Shown: positions 48,310 to 58,800 of the stretch, one piece after another
Numbering within the stretch: position 1 is the first letter of the stretch
Layout: each line of letters begins with the position of its first letter
Assembly: GCA_963667415.1 (NCBI GenBank)
Contig: OY763410.1
Span: forward strand, 779,209 to 843,208
DNA length: 64,000 bases
From: Dehalococcoidia bacterium
GTDB lineage: Bacteria > Chloroflexota > Dehalococcoidia > Lucifugimonadales > UBA3495
Reading direction: 5' to 3'
Made by a program: the position numbers and the translations under genes
The notes under the pieces: generated by a model
Databases searched by the model: none
What the model saw: the letters and a program-made list of their open reading frames with translations, nothing else
Told to the model about the DNA's origin: nothing

Positions 48310-49602
48310 CTAGTCTGAGCGCCAGCCGGAGCCGAAAATCATCCCGTCGTATTCCATCACCCAGGCGCGGAGGGACGGCGCCCTGTCCGACGAATCCGTG
48401 TCTTCCGAAGAAACCCAGTTACCCCCTGCCGAAGCATCCAGAATTTCCTCGCCGTATACTGCCGCGATGTTGCGGCCGATCAGGGAAGTATCAAAGCTGG
48501 CAACGATGGTGCCGCCCTTGTCCGCGATCACGGCGAACCACACGCCCTCGATGTCTTCCGAGGCGTTGTAGTAGGCGACGGTGTCGGAAAGGCCTGCCGT
48601 GGCACTGTCCGGGCCCGCAAAGCGAGCCATGGTGCCTTCCAGGCCCACCTGCCGATAGGCATCCACCGCCGCTGCCACCAGCTGGACGGTGAATTCGTTG
48701 GCGTTGACATACCAGCCGGAGCCGAACAACAGATCGTCGTGCCTGACCACCCAGGCGTGCTTGAGTTCCACGGCCCCGAGGTGGCGGTCGCTGTCGGTCA
48801 GGCGATCGGTGCCCGGATTCTTGTACACGTAGGAAACCCAGGTCCCTTCCTCGGTGGCGGCCAGCATTTGGGGGCCGAAATTGTAACCCCTGGCGTCCGT
48901 CCCCAGCGGACCGTTGAGATTCTGCCCCAGGACCTGGGTGTCGAAGTGGCTGATGATCTCCCCGTTCTCGCCCGCGATGAACACGTACCACTGCTCATCA
49001 ATGCTCTCGAGGCGGTTGTAATGGGCGATGGTGGATGCCAGGCCCTCCTCCTCATACCTGCTGATGGCACTGTTCACGAAGAACTTGGTGTAATCGGCTG
49101 GGGAGGTCTTGGCTGGAACTGTAACCACTGTATCCTCGGCCGTGCGCCTGCCTTCCTCAGGACCGGGCTCGGCCGCGTCACCGGGGAGAGCCTCCATGGC
49201 CGTCCGTATCAGCTCTTCCACCTCCGCCCGGCTGATTCCCGGTTCGGGAACTGAGGCGAGTGCCGTCCGTACCGCTGTCTCAACGTCGGCCGCTGTGATT
49301 CCGGCGCCCGGCGAGTCCGCGATAGACGCCCGGACCACCGCCTCCACCTCCGCCTCGCTCAACCCGGCATCCGGCAGGCCGGACAACGCGGCCTGGATCG
49401 CTTCCTCGACGTCGGTGCGGGTCAGGCCTTGCTGGGTTGCAGCGGAGGCTGGAGCCTCGGCACGAACTATCTCCCTGACTTGCTCTTCGGTCAGTCCGGC
49501 CTGCGCGTCTATGTCGTCACCCCCGCAGGCGGTCATCGCGGTAGCAGCGAATATGAGCAGTGCCGCCAGAGCCATCATCGTTGGTAGTTTCAGGTTAAAC
49601 AT
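48310..49602 (-). CDS. Lipoprotein with five short helical repeats and two Cache-like (sCache_2-type) ligand-binding domains
   Basis: Lipobox AMTACGG. Five repeats: LTEEQVREIVRAEA / LTRTDVEEAIQAAL / LSEAEVEAVVRASI / ITAADVETAVRTAL / ISRAEVEELIRTAM. Two copies of ...W(Y/F)V(F/A)I....G.I(I/V).(H/S)FD....G.N......G...WVSY / W...HD.(L/M)(L/I)FGSGW. Confidence 0.65.
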   Translation of the reverse strand: MFNLKLPTMMALAALLIFAATAMTACGGDDIDAQAGLTEEQVREIVRAEAPASAATQQGLTRTDVEEAIQAALSGLPDAGLSEAEVEAVVRASIADSPGAGITAADVETAVRTALASVPEPGISRAEVEELIRTAMEALPGDAAEPGPEEGRRTAEDTVVTVPAKTSPADYTKFFVNSAISRYEEEGLASTIAHYNRLESIDEQWYVFIAGENGEIISHFDTQVLGQNLNGPLGTDARGYNFGPQMLAATEEGTWVSYVYKNPGTDRLTDSDRHLGAVELKHAWVVRHDDLLFGSGWYVNANEFTVQLVAAAVDAYRQVGLEGTMARFAGPDSATAGLSDTVAYYNASEDIEGVWFAVIADKGGTIVASFDTSLIGRNIAAVYGEEILDASAGGNWVSSEDTDSSDRAPSLRAWVMEYDGMIFGSGWRSD

Positions 49603-49660
49603 TGAGCGTCATCTCATCAGTTCTTAGAGTGTCCGTCCAAAGGAATGTCGCCAGAACCCG

Positions 49661-49711
49661 CCGCGAGGCCGCATTCCGGCGGTCTGTTCAGACCGGAACG
49701 CGACCTCGCGG
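49661..49711 (-). terminator. Long imperfect hairpin between the 1110-aa gene and the Cache lipoprotein gene
   Basis: The arm ccgcgaggccgcattccggcggtctg pairs with cagaccggaacgcgacctcgcgg (about 20 bp, with two mismatches and a 2-nt bulge). Could be a terminator or a regulatory structure. Confidence 0.45.
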
Positions 49712-49747
49712 AGTTGTCAGTCAGACGTGCTTGGTGTGGCCCCGGTC

Positions 49748-52700
49748 CTAAACGCCGCCTCCACCAAACACGATGTGGTCCGCGTCGGGGCCGTAGGCCG
49801 AGTGGGTCAGCTCGGCGTCATTGCCGGAGGGGTCCTGGATGGCGCCATCGTTTAGCGTCAGCTTGTTGGCCTCGATTGCCAGGCCGTCGCTGGCCGAGTC
49901 CCCCACCGCAACGGTGTACTCGAACACCACGTTGGCCCCGCTGCTATTGCTGCTGCTGTAGTCGGCCAGCTTGTTGGCGCTGCCCTCGCCGTAGAATTCC
50001 AGCTCCAGCTGCGGAGTGCCGGTTACGGTGACATCCTCGCTGAAGGTCACTACGATACGGATGGTGTCTCCGGTGCCGTAGGTGTTGTCATCGCCGGGGG
50101 AGCTGGTAACGGCGATGGACGAGACGGTCGGGGCAACGGTGTCCGCACCGTCCACCTTGTGCCCGGAGTCGGCTGCCAAGGCGTCGTGGGTGAGGGTCGC
50201 GTCGTTGCCGGCCTCGTCCCTGATGGCGCCTCCGTTCAGGCTCAGCTTGTCGGCGCCGATGGCGATACCGTCGGTGTCGCTTTCGTCCAGGGCCACGGTG
50301 TAGACGAAGACCGCCGTAGGGCCATAGCTGGAGGTAGTTGCCAGGGTCGTTGTATTTGTGCCGAAGACCCCCTGCGAGCCACCGGTGATGCTGTATTCCG
50401 CGGTCTTGGCCGTGCCGTCGAAGTCCAGCTCCAGTTGGGGCGTTCCGGTTACTGCGACGTCCTCGCTGAAGGTAACTGTGACCTCGATGGCGTCGCCGTG
50501 GCCGTAGGTTTCATCGTCGCCGGGGTCACTGGTGATCTCCAGCGAGGAGATCGTGGGCGGCGTGGTGTCCGAGCCGTCCACCATGTGTCCGGACTGGGAT
50601 GGGATAGCCTTAAATGTCAGGTCGGCGTCGTTTTCCGACTCGTCCTGGATGGTGCCGCCGTTGAGGGTCAGCGCGTTGTTGCCGATGGCGATGCCGTTGG
50701 CGTCGCTGTCGTTCAGGGCCACGGTGTAGGTGAACTTAACCTCTGATGGATCCGTTACCTCTGATCCAAATGCGCTGACGTATTCTGCCGTCTTGGCAGT
50801 GCCGTCGAAGTCCAGTTCCAGTTGCGGCGTTCCGGTGACGATGACGTCCTCGCTGAAGAAAGCAACCATCCGGACAACGTCTCCCTCTCCATAGGTGTCG
50901 TCGTCGCCCGGGTCGCCGACGATGCGCACGGACGAAATGGTCGGCGCGGTGTCGTCCGGGGCGTTTACCAGGTACTCCGGATTGTCCGGCACCCCGTGGT
51001 GGGCCAGGAGGGCGGGGTTGCCCGCCTCGTCCGTAATGTTGCCTCCATCCTCAATGGTGACTCCATCCTCAATGGTGGCTTCTTCAAGCATTAGGCTGCT
51101 TGCGACGATTGACACACCATCGTCGTCTACGTCTCCCTCCCGCACCAGGTAGTGGAATCTGATCCTTTGACCTATGGAGAGCCCGGGATCGGCAGGAAGA
51201 AACGGATTCGGGTGTACGGCCTCCCGGACCTTACCTCCGATGTCCAGACCAATTTGCACTTGGCCCTGTACCCTAACAGTCTCGTCGAAGATCACTTGGA
51301 CGACGATCTGTTCGCCGAGCTCGTATGTGTCGTTGATGGAGGCCGGTCCGCCGGAAATGGTGACTGCCCGGACAGTTGGCGGGGTCTGGTCCCCACTTGT
51401 CAGGAAGCCAAAAATCTTGTGATTGGGGTCCTCATCCAGGGAATTGATTGCGCCAGCGGCGTTGTGGTCGTAGGCAACATCCTCCTTGTCGGTGGCCGTG
51501 ATTTCCAGGCTATCCGGCAGGTCAACGCTGATGCCATCGTCGTCGCGGTCGCGCTCATCGACTGAGTACCGGAATACCAGGACATTGGTGCCGTTGCCCG
51601 AAGAGTATTCCGCCAGCTTCTGTGTGAGATCTGTGTCGAGGCCCAGAAGCACATAGTCGTGGTCATCGGCGGTGACGCTCTGGCCGAAGTCAACGCTGAC
51701 CTCGATGATCTCGTCCCGCCCGTAGGTGTCGGGCTCGGAAATTGGCGTGGAGGTTATGGACATCTCCTTGGGGTAGGGCCGGCCGTCGAGCTTGTGGCTT
51801 CCCTGTGCGTCATACAGTCCGCTAAAACGCGGGTACACCTCGGTGTCCGTGCCCGCGATCGTTATGGTCCCGTCGCCTCCCAAACCGGAGGGTTCATCGG
51901 CTATACCGAGGTCCATTTCGAAAGTTGACGTGCCCTCCGTGGTTATGCCATCGGGATCCAGGTCACGAGACCGGACGTCGTACGCAAACACCAGCGTGTC
52001 GGTACCGGAACCCCTGCTGTAATTCCCGCCCCTCCAGACGGTATCGCCATCGGGTCCCGACCACAGGTTGATATAGCGGCTGCCTTCCACGTCCATGGCT
52101 GCGCTGAATGTGATGGAGACCTCGACGGTCTCCCCAAACCGGTAGGTGTCACCGCTCTCCGGGCTGGAGGTGATTTCGACATTGGTGCTGACTGGCGGCA
52201 GACTACCGTCCACCTTGTGGTCCTCATCGTCATCAAAGCCCTTGTATGCCCGGTAGACCACCCGGTCCGAATACCGGTGAGTGATGGCGTCGTACCCAGG
52301 GAAGTTGTGCCAGCTGCCGTTGCTGTCTTTGTAGCCGCCGGGCATCCTGATGCCGTCGGTGTCCTCGTCGTCCGCCCTCACCCTGTAGCCGAATACGAGG
52401 ACCCTGCTACCCGAACCTCGCAGGTATTGCGCCTGCTTCCAGTCGTCGCCAACCCGCAGGCCAAGGCGGGGATTGCCGCCATCGGCCACCTCCACCTTGT
52501 TGCTGAAGGTTGCGGAGATCTCGATGACTTCTCCGACGCCGTAGGTGTTGCTTTCCCTAGCGGGTTCCGAGGTCACCTCGACCTTTCTAATGTTCGGGTC
52601 GTCGTCGAGGATGGTGATCTCGCACTCGTTGTCCCAGTCGGGGTCATCCAAATCGACGATGTCATCGTCAGGACCGAAGCGTGCGGTAAAGGTCTCGTCC

Positions 52701-53080
52701 TCCTCCAAGCTGTTGTCGCTCCTCGTCCGGAAGACGCGCCCGTCCCGGCCGGCCGCCGCTTCGGCGTCGGTTGTCCAGACCTTGCCAGTGCTCTGGTGGA
52801 CGTAGTCCGTCTCATCCGCCGTGCCGGCGTCGGTGTACCAGTAGGCCCAATACTTGTCGTTGTGGTCATGGTTGGTCACCCGTACCAGGAAGACCTCCAC
52901 ATTCTCCCCTTCCCGAACCTCCGTGGTGGGGCAGTCCAGGTAATATCTTGCGTCGTCCGCGGCCGCTGGCCGAGGATCAAGCGATCCCGTTACCCAGACC
53001 AGGGTGACCAGGGCGGCCAGCGCCAGCACAACCAAGACCAAACGTGGGTTTCTGAACAGTGCTCTGGGAGTATCGATCAT
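49748..53080 (-). CDS. Large secreted protein with a Calx-beta-like N-terminal module and about 8-9 tandem ~125-aa Ig-like repeats
   Basis: 1110 aa with a signal/TM at the N-terminus. Recurrent unit ...(I/V)TS.PG.D.TYG.GD.I...V.FSE.V.VTGTPQLELDFDG..K.AEY......V.F.YTVA..DSD.DGIAI....L.LNGG.I.DE.GNDA.L.H.....DSGH.VDG. Confidence 0.8.
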   Translation of the reverse strand: MIDTPRALFRNPRLVLVVLALAALVTLVWVTGSLDPRPAAADDARYYLDCPTTEVREGENVEVFLVRVTNHDHNDKYWAYWYTDAGTADETDYVHQSTGKVWTTDAEAAAGRDGRVFRTRSDNSLEEDETFTARFGPDDDIVDLDDPDWDNECEITILDDDPNIRKVEVTSEPARESNTYGVGEVIEISATFSNKVEVADGGNPRLGLRVGDDWKQAQYLRGSGSRVLVFGYRVRADDEDTDGIRMPGGYKDSNGSWHNFPGYDAITHRYSDRVVYRAYKGFDDDEDHKVDGSLPPVSTNVEITSSPESGDTYRFGETVEVSITFSAAMDVEGSRYINLWSGPDGDTVWRGGNYSRGSGTDTLVFAYDVRSRDLDPDGITTEGTSTFEMDLGIADEPSGLGGDGTITIAGTDTEVYPRFSGLYDAQGSHKLDGRPYPKEMSITSTPISEPDTYGRDEIIEVSVDFGQSVTADDHDYVLLGLDTDLTQKLAEYSSGNGTNVLVFRYSVDERDRDDDGISVDLPDSLEITATDKEDVAYDHNAAGAINSLDEDPNHKIFGFLTSGDQTPPTVRAVTISGGPASINDTYELGEQIVVQVIFDETVRVQGQVQIGLDIGGKVREAVHPNPFLPADPGLSIGQRIRFHYLVREGDVDDDGVSIVASSLMLEEATIEDGVTIEDGGNITDEAGNPALLAHHGVPDNPEYLVNAPDDTAPTISSVRIVGDPGDDDTYGEGDVVRMVAFFSEDVIVTGTPQLELDFDGTAKTAEYVSAFGSEVTDPSEVKFTYTVALNDSDANGIAIGNNALTLNGGTIQDESENDADLTFKAIPSQSGHMVDGSDTTPPTISSLEITSDPGDDETYGHGDAIEVTVTFSEDVAVTGTPQLELDFDGTAKTAEYSITGGSQGVFGTNTTTLATTSSYGPTAVFVYTVALDESDTDGIAIGADKLSLNGGAIRDEAGNDATLTHDALAADSGHKVDGADTVAPTVSSIAVTSSPGDDNTYGTGDTIRIVVTFSEDVTVTGTPQLELEFYGEGSANKLADYSSSNSSGANVVFEYTVAVGDSASDGLAIEANKLTLNDGAIQDPSGNDAELTHSAYGPDADHIVFGGGGV

Positions 53081-53812
53081 GACATTACCTCAGAAAAGGC
53101 GAAAAGGATGGATGAATGCAGAAATCGCCGTGAAGAAATGGTGACATATCCCGATTTCGTAGGTCTAGGGTCTGAAAATTTATGGACATCAACCAACGGC
53201 TGCTGTGCATGTGAAATGTGGAAAACTGGCATGTGAATTAGTCATTGCGTTCTAATTTCGCAGTTATGTCTGTTCCGAGGGAGGTGCAAATCTGTCTACT
53301 CAAGGGCTATCCGGCCCTGTGGTAAAGGGTGATCTGTTGCTGTCATTTGCCATCCCAGGAAGGTGGCCGTAAAGGAAAAACGGCCCCGCTATTGCGGAGC
53401 CGCTGATGATTGGAAAACTTCCTACGAGCTTGCCGGGGGGCACGGTAGGTGCGGTAGACCCTCAGGCTATCCGGGTTCCCTGTCCGTGCCGGGCATACCG
53501 CGATTCAGCATCCTTGTCCGTCGGCTGCGACGATGCTAGTAATTCCGGTGCCCGAGTGCCGTGGGTTTCGTGCATGCTCACGCCCCCTGTGATTTTCGGA
53601 AGTCCGCAGCCCAACCGGTCTTGGTATTCGAACTCGTCGTTGTTTCGAATGATCAGCACCGGATCGCCTGTAGTTTTTTCCGTCCGTGAGAATCCCTACC
53701 GGACCGGTTCTCCGGAGGCAATACCCCCTCTAAGATCTTGCTCATGAGTTGGAGGGGACGGGCAAGCTAGCTCGGGGCAATGCCCGTCTCTCAGATACCC
53801 GGTGCGCTTCCG

Positions 53813-54814
53813 TTAAGGGAATTGGGAACGTGGCAGAAAGTCCGGGGTCGGCGGCACGGGAAACAGGTGTTCGTACATGAACCGACCGAGCATCAGTACA
53901 TGCTCTATGAGGTCCGTCGGCAACTCGTCCCTGTCCTTCTGGGGTGCATACCGGAAGTACAGGCTGACGCCTTTTGATTCTTTGACGTCTTTGATGCGTT
54001 CGAGGGCCACCACTAACCAGTCTTTCGGTATTTCTCCTCCCGGGTCGTTGCTGCCCACGAACGCCGTGTAGTTGCTCTCCCTGATCCTGTCTGTAATCCG
54101 CTCCCACTCCTCCTGGGCTTGTTGCTCGTTGGGCATTGGCATCCCCGGGTGTCTCGCAAATCTCCTGGCATGAATTTCCTGTATCTCAGCCTCCATCTGT
54201 TTTCTGAAGGCGGGATATTCGCGGGCGAACACTTTCGACTCCCGGGCCGTCTCTTCTTGGAGCGATTTGGGCAGGTGTTCGAACAGTCCGTCCACGTCAT
54301 GGCCCTCTACGAATGTGAAGCTGCCGTTCACGCGGTAGTTTGCGTGGGTCATGACAGCCTTCAGACCCAGTTCGATTGCCATTATGACGTTGGTCATCAT
54401 CACCCGTTCCCGGTCAAGGTGATTGGGCAGCATGAATCCCAGGACCTTCTCTATCTGGATGGAGTTATAGAAGGTGAACGGGTCGGTGGGCCAGCCGAAT
54501 TGAACGGGGCGCGCATGGGTGATTAGCTGTAGGACTTCCGACAGCCTGTATCCTCTGCTGACCTGCGGCATTGAGTAGAAGTCCATGAGCTTGCCGGTCA
54601 TGTAGTAGACATTGCCGCGTTCCCAGAAGTTGTGTCGCTCAGGCGCCGATATCCCTGTCCGTAGGACCGGGTCTGAGAGCCTGAATTGCCGAACCCCGTC
54701 CTGTGGCCTCTCCCTGCTGATCTCCATGAAGAAATAGGGCAGTCTGGCCCTGAGGTATTCCATCCGGGAATCCTCTTTTTCGAGGTCATAGTAACTGGGG
54801 GGTTCATCATTCAT
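53813..54814 (-). CDS. Hypothetical protein, possible HEPN-like helical C-terminal half
   Basis: 333 aa with no signal peptide. Weak resemblance to HEPN helix pairs (IMAIELGLKAVM...GHDVDGLFEHLP... and ...RYAPQKDRDELPTDLIEHVLMLGRFMYEHL). No confident family assignment. Confidence 0.4.
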   Translation of the reverse strand: MNDEPPSYYDLEKEDSRMEYLRARLPYFFMEISRERPQDGVRQFRLSDPVLRTGISAPERHNFWERGNVYYMTGKLMDFYSMPQVSRGYRLSEVLQLITHARPVQFGWPTDPFTFYNSIQIEKVLGFMLPNHLDRERVMMTNVIMAIELGLKAVMTHANYRVNGSFTFVEGHDVDGLFEHLPKSLQEETARESKVFAREYPAFRKQMEAEIQEIHARRFARHPGMPMPNEQQAQEEWERITDRIRESNYTAFVGSNDPGGEIPKDWLVVALERIKDVKESKGVSLYFRYAPQKDRDELPTDLIEHVLMLGRFMYEHLFPVPPTPDFLPRSQFP

Positions 54815-55407
54815 TTCAAAGACCCATTCCTTGGCTGTTTTCAGCGACTACACCGGTTGGAGTTGGCGCTTCGTTCCACTATGCCATCAGGGCCGTGATG
54901 ATCACCAGGAATGTCAAGGCCGACGATGGCTCACGGCTGGTCCTTACGACGTACTCGGTAGGACCGACGCAGACCAGGAATGAACTGATCAACGGCGATG
55001 GTGTGGACCTAAACTAGGTGCACACCGTGGAATTGCTCACCTCGACGCTGGTGCGGCGCCTTATCAATCGACTGCTGCAAACCGGGTGGCGCGACCCCAA
55101 CTAGGACTTCGCTACCATCTGTTCGCGAAGCCAAAGAGTGTGGCCAAGGAGTGGCTGGAAGACTAAGGGGAGGGACTTACCCTGCACAGCTGATGTACCA
55201 GTTTATGGCCGACATGGCCTGCAACCGCATCACCGCCGCAATCACCAGCAGATACGGCGAACGATTCGTCAAGGCGCTGATGGACCACCTGACGCGCCTG
55301 TCTCGCAACTGCAGGCAGCCGTCGAAGTGCCAAGTGGACATGCTCGCCGACTTCAACGGGATGCCCGTGGACTACGACCGCGCAGAGTTCTATCTGCACG
55401 ACGGCTA

Positions 55408-55722
55408 ATGGCAAGCCGCATGGTCCCGGGCGACGGCATGAAGGTGATGGCCTCGTTGGCCGAGCGGGATGGCCTGCAGGGAAAGGTGCAGGCGCTCCGG
55501 CTGCTGGAGTCCTTCTCCCAGCAGAAGGTGCACGCAGCGATCACGGACGCTATGAGGGTGGAGGCCCTCGGCTTCGACGCGGTGAAGCACATGGTGCTGT
55601 GCCGGCTCGAGGGACGTCCACCCAGGCTGGACCTGGGGCTCTATCCCTACTTGCCCCGGGTCAGGGTCGGCACTACGTCAACCAAGGACCATATGAGCCT
55701 TCTGTCAGGGAGGGCGGCATGA
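55408..55722 (+). pseudogene. istA: IS21-family IstA transposase, C-terminal remnant
   Basis: ...QQKVHAAITDAMRVEALGFDAVKHMVLCRLEGRPPRLDLGLYPYLPRVRVGTTSTKDHMSLL resembles the IstA C-terminus. ATGA overlap with the following istB start. Confidence 0.55.
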
Positions 55723-56050
55723 GCCAGATGTCCAGATTGCTCTTGGAACACCACCTGAAGGAACTGAAGCTGCCCAGCTTACTCAGGGAGTACGGGAAGA
55801 TGGCCGCCCAGTGCGCCGCCGAGAATGTGGAGCACCCGCAGTACCTGCTCCGTCTCGCCGAATTGGAACTCATCGACCGGCATCAGCGCATGGTGGAGCG
55901 GCGGATCCGGGCGGCGAGATTCCCGGGGGTCAAGAGCCTGGACAGATTCGACCGACGAATGGACCGAGGTCTTCGGCTCCGAACGTCTCACCGGTGCCCT
56001 GCTGGACCGGCTCACCCACCAAGTCCACATCCTGGTGTCCCGCGTCAAGC
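55719..56050 (+). pseudogene. istB: IS21-family IstB helper ATPase with internal deletion of the AAA+ core
   Basis: The N-terminus MSQMSRLLLEHHLKELKLPSLLREYGKMAAQCAAENVEHPQYLLRLAELELIDRHQRMVERRIRAARFPGVKSLDRFD is joined, out of frame, to the C-terminus EWTEVFGSERLTGALLDRLTHQVHIL. Walker A and B regions are absent. Confidence 0.65.
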
Positions 56051-56072
56051 ATTCCTGCCGATCCCCGTTGCC

Positions 56073-57671
56073 TCAACGAGAAGTGTCACCGAAATATCGG
56101 CTCTTGAGATTGTCCATCGAAAGCGTCAATACGGACAAGTCGCGAGTGTCTCGCGCAACGTCTGCAGACCCTGTGTAGACCAGCTTGCTGGCCATGATGC
56201 TTCGCCATTTCTGCACCCGCCGCTGCGGCGTCCGCATGTGAACTCGGCTGAAACGCTCAGGCTCAGCTTGTTGCAACCGCTTCAGTAGCGACTCAGCACT
56301 GGCGTCCGGGTCTTCTTCCAGCCAGCCCAACACCTTGCCCAACACTCCCACGAACGGGTCCTTCCGCGTCGCCATGTACGCGGTGGACTCACTCCCGGAT
56401 TTCGTCCGACATTCTCCTGTTCCTCCAGCCACAGGTCGGGTAGCCGGGCCAGACAGCGATCCTGGCTCTCAAGGCGAGGATCGGACCCGAGTTCGGGGAA
56501 TACTATGGACGCCAGAGCCGACTGTGCCTCCCTGATGGTGTGGAGCAACACCACGGGGTCCAATGTTGCTCGGCGTTCCGAGAGGGTTGTTTTCGCCTCG
56601 ATGCTGACCGCGTCATGCCATAGCGCCCGGTCGCAGGGTGTGGCCGGCGAACTGTAGAGCTTGACCACCGCCGAGCCGTTGCGGGTTTTATCCACCAGCT
56701 TGAATGACGGTTGCAGGTAGTTTACGTAGAGCCGCATCGCCCCGTACAGGTGAGCTATGGTCTGCCCTGCTACCTGGCACGAGTAACGCTCGTGCCTCAG
56801 GAACCGGCGGGGCACCGCTTCATTTTTCTGCTCTACCCAAGCCTGGTCCTTCTTCCGGTAGGCCCGGGAACAGGTGAACTCGATGCATCGACCGGCGCAG
56901 TACTCGGTGAGGGTGTCGTTGATGAACACGCCGTCGTTGTCGGAGTCGATGCACCAGACGGGAAATGGCACCTGCGCGGCGATGGCCTCCAGTCCTGCCA
57001 CCACCTGGGACTTCTCCCTGGCCAGCAGCGGCACCGCCTCGGTCCAACCGGTGCACACGTCGGTGGCCACCAGACTGTAGACGAAGGAACCGCCCATGTC
57101 GTCCCCGCAATGGGCCACCAAGACGATCTCCAGGTTGCCCGGAGGGGGACTATTCCAGTCGGCGAGGGTGCGAACCGGAACATGTCGGCCGCAGTCCAGA
57201 TTACACCGCCGTTTGCGCCGGCTGGTTCACCCGGGCCTTCACCGGTGTCAGCAACCGGTCAAGTGTTGCGGCACTGGCGGTCAGCAAACGCGATCTCACC
57301 TCAGAATCCAGATCCAGGTGGCCATGTCGCTTCATAGAGTCCACGAGTTGGGGTAGTGCCGCCTAAAAGGGTTGGCCGCAAATGCGGTTGGACGCTTCCC
57401 ATACCGGGATCACCGCCTCACGGACCGAGTCGTCACAGATGCGGCGGCCCCGGGGTACGCCAGCTTTCTTCGTGCCCTCTTTAGACTGGGCCATCAACCT
57501 GATGCCATGCTTGCGATGATGGCCGGTGACCGTGATAAATTCGTCGAGAATACGGCTCTTGTCCCTATTGGAGTCCCCTCGATAACGCTCTCGAATTGCC
57601 GCCGGAAACTCCTGTTTTGCCATCCTGCTTATGCCTGCGGCCATGCGAATGCCCCAATTTCTCGGTAGCAT
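56073..57671 (-). pseudogene. rve (integrase-core) DDE transposase, multiply frameshifted
   Basis: Three frames. N-terminal part at 57363-57671 (..ICDDSVREAVIPVWEASNRICGQ..). DDE core at 56282-57121 (VATDVCTGW, CIDSDNDGVFIN, AWVEQKNEAV). C-terminal part at 56073-56432 (TRKDPFVGVLGKVLGWLEEDPDASAESLLKRLQ...RTPQRRVQKWR). Confidence 0.65.
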
Positions 57672-58800
57672 TTAATTTGCGGCAATTGCTCTAAAAGTAA
57701 CGTTTTTATTGAGGCAACGCGCAATCAGCCTAGTTGTCGCTGCCCTTCGCCGGTGTAGCACGGAGCAAGTGATGAGAGCTGAATAGTCTGGACTCCCGTT
57801 TCATCCTGGCAAGTAGCTCTCGCCGCAGTTGTTGAGCATATCGCCGTGGTCCAACATGGCTCATCCCGCGGCGCTGTCCTGATCAATGGATTCCCAGAGA
57901 CTTATTATTTCAACCCCTTTTCTAACCTTAGCCCAGCCCAGCAGCTCCAAAAATTCGGTCAGCACCCGCCTGCTGTGCTGGCCCCGTCTTCATACAGTGG
58001 CCAGAATGTGGGGCGGTCTCCGGGCGATTCAGGCCAGGTCGGGTCTGGAAGGTATCCCTTGCCTGCGTCCTCGAAGATCTGCTCCCAGGCGGTCAACGCC
58101 CGACGCTGCGTGCAGAGGTTGTTGTCGGCGCTGGACACCGACAATAGGCCGTCTTATGGGATTTCCAGTTCACATTCCGCTGGCCCCCGGTTCCGGCATA
58201 GCGGCACAATACTACGGCTGGCAGAAGTCTGGCTATGTTCAGATTCGTCCCCTAGTGGCAGCGATGGCCACAAGGCCGGCGTGGCCCGGAGCCGTAGGCG
58301 GCGCAAGTCCATACTATTCGGTCGATCTACCATGCTGTCCGCAGCCTTTCAGTGAACCAAGGAGAACGACAAAATCAGAGAAGGCAACATCGGCAGGAAT
58401 GGTCGACGCCACACGAGTACGGAGCACGCGCTGTCAACTCATCCAACAAGGTTCCGTTCCAGGGACTCAGATGAGGTGCCCAGCAGCAGGGCGAGCACCA
58501 CAAGAAGACCGTGTAACAGCCCAGTTTCCATACCGATCCGGAGATATACCATAAGCTCCTGCGTGTCGTCGATGAAACTTTCACCGCTCACCGGTGCTCC
58601 CTGACCAAGACTCGTCGCTGACAATCGGAACCCTCCTTCCCGAAACCGAATGCGTCTTTGTCCAAGAATTCACCGGCAAGATCAACGACCAGCTACATTA
58701 GCCATCACAATTGCTGACAGTTGCCCGTTGCTGAACGGCGGTACGCCCCCATAGACAGGAGATAACCTTCACTAGAACCAAACGCCACGGCAAACGGACT

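Noticed and set aside
57680-58800. Overlapping plus-strand ORFs 57846-58355 and 57886-58554, and small minus-strand ORFs.
   Set aside because: Mutually overlapping, Arg/Pro/Ser-rich, and without recognisable motifs in any frame. Probably eroded non-coding DNA between the transposase and nuclease pseudogenes.
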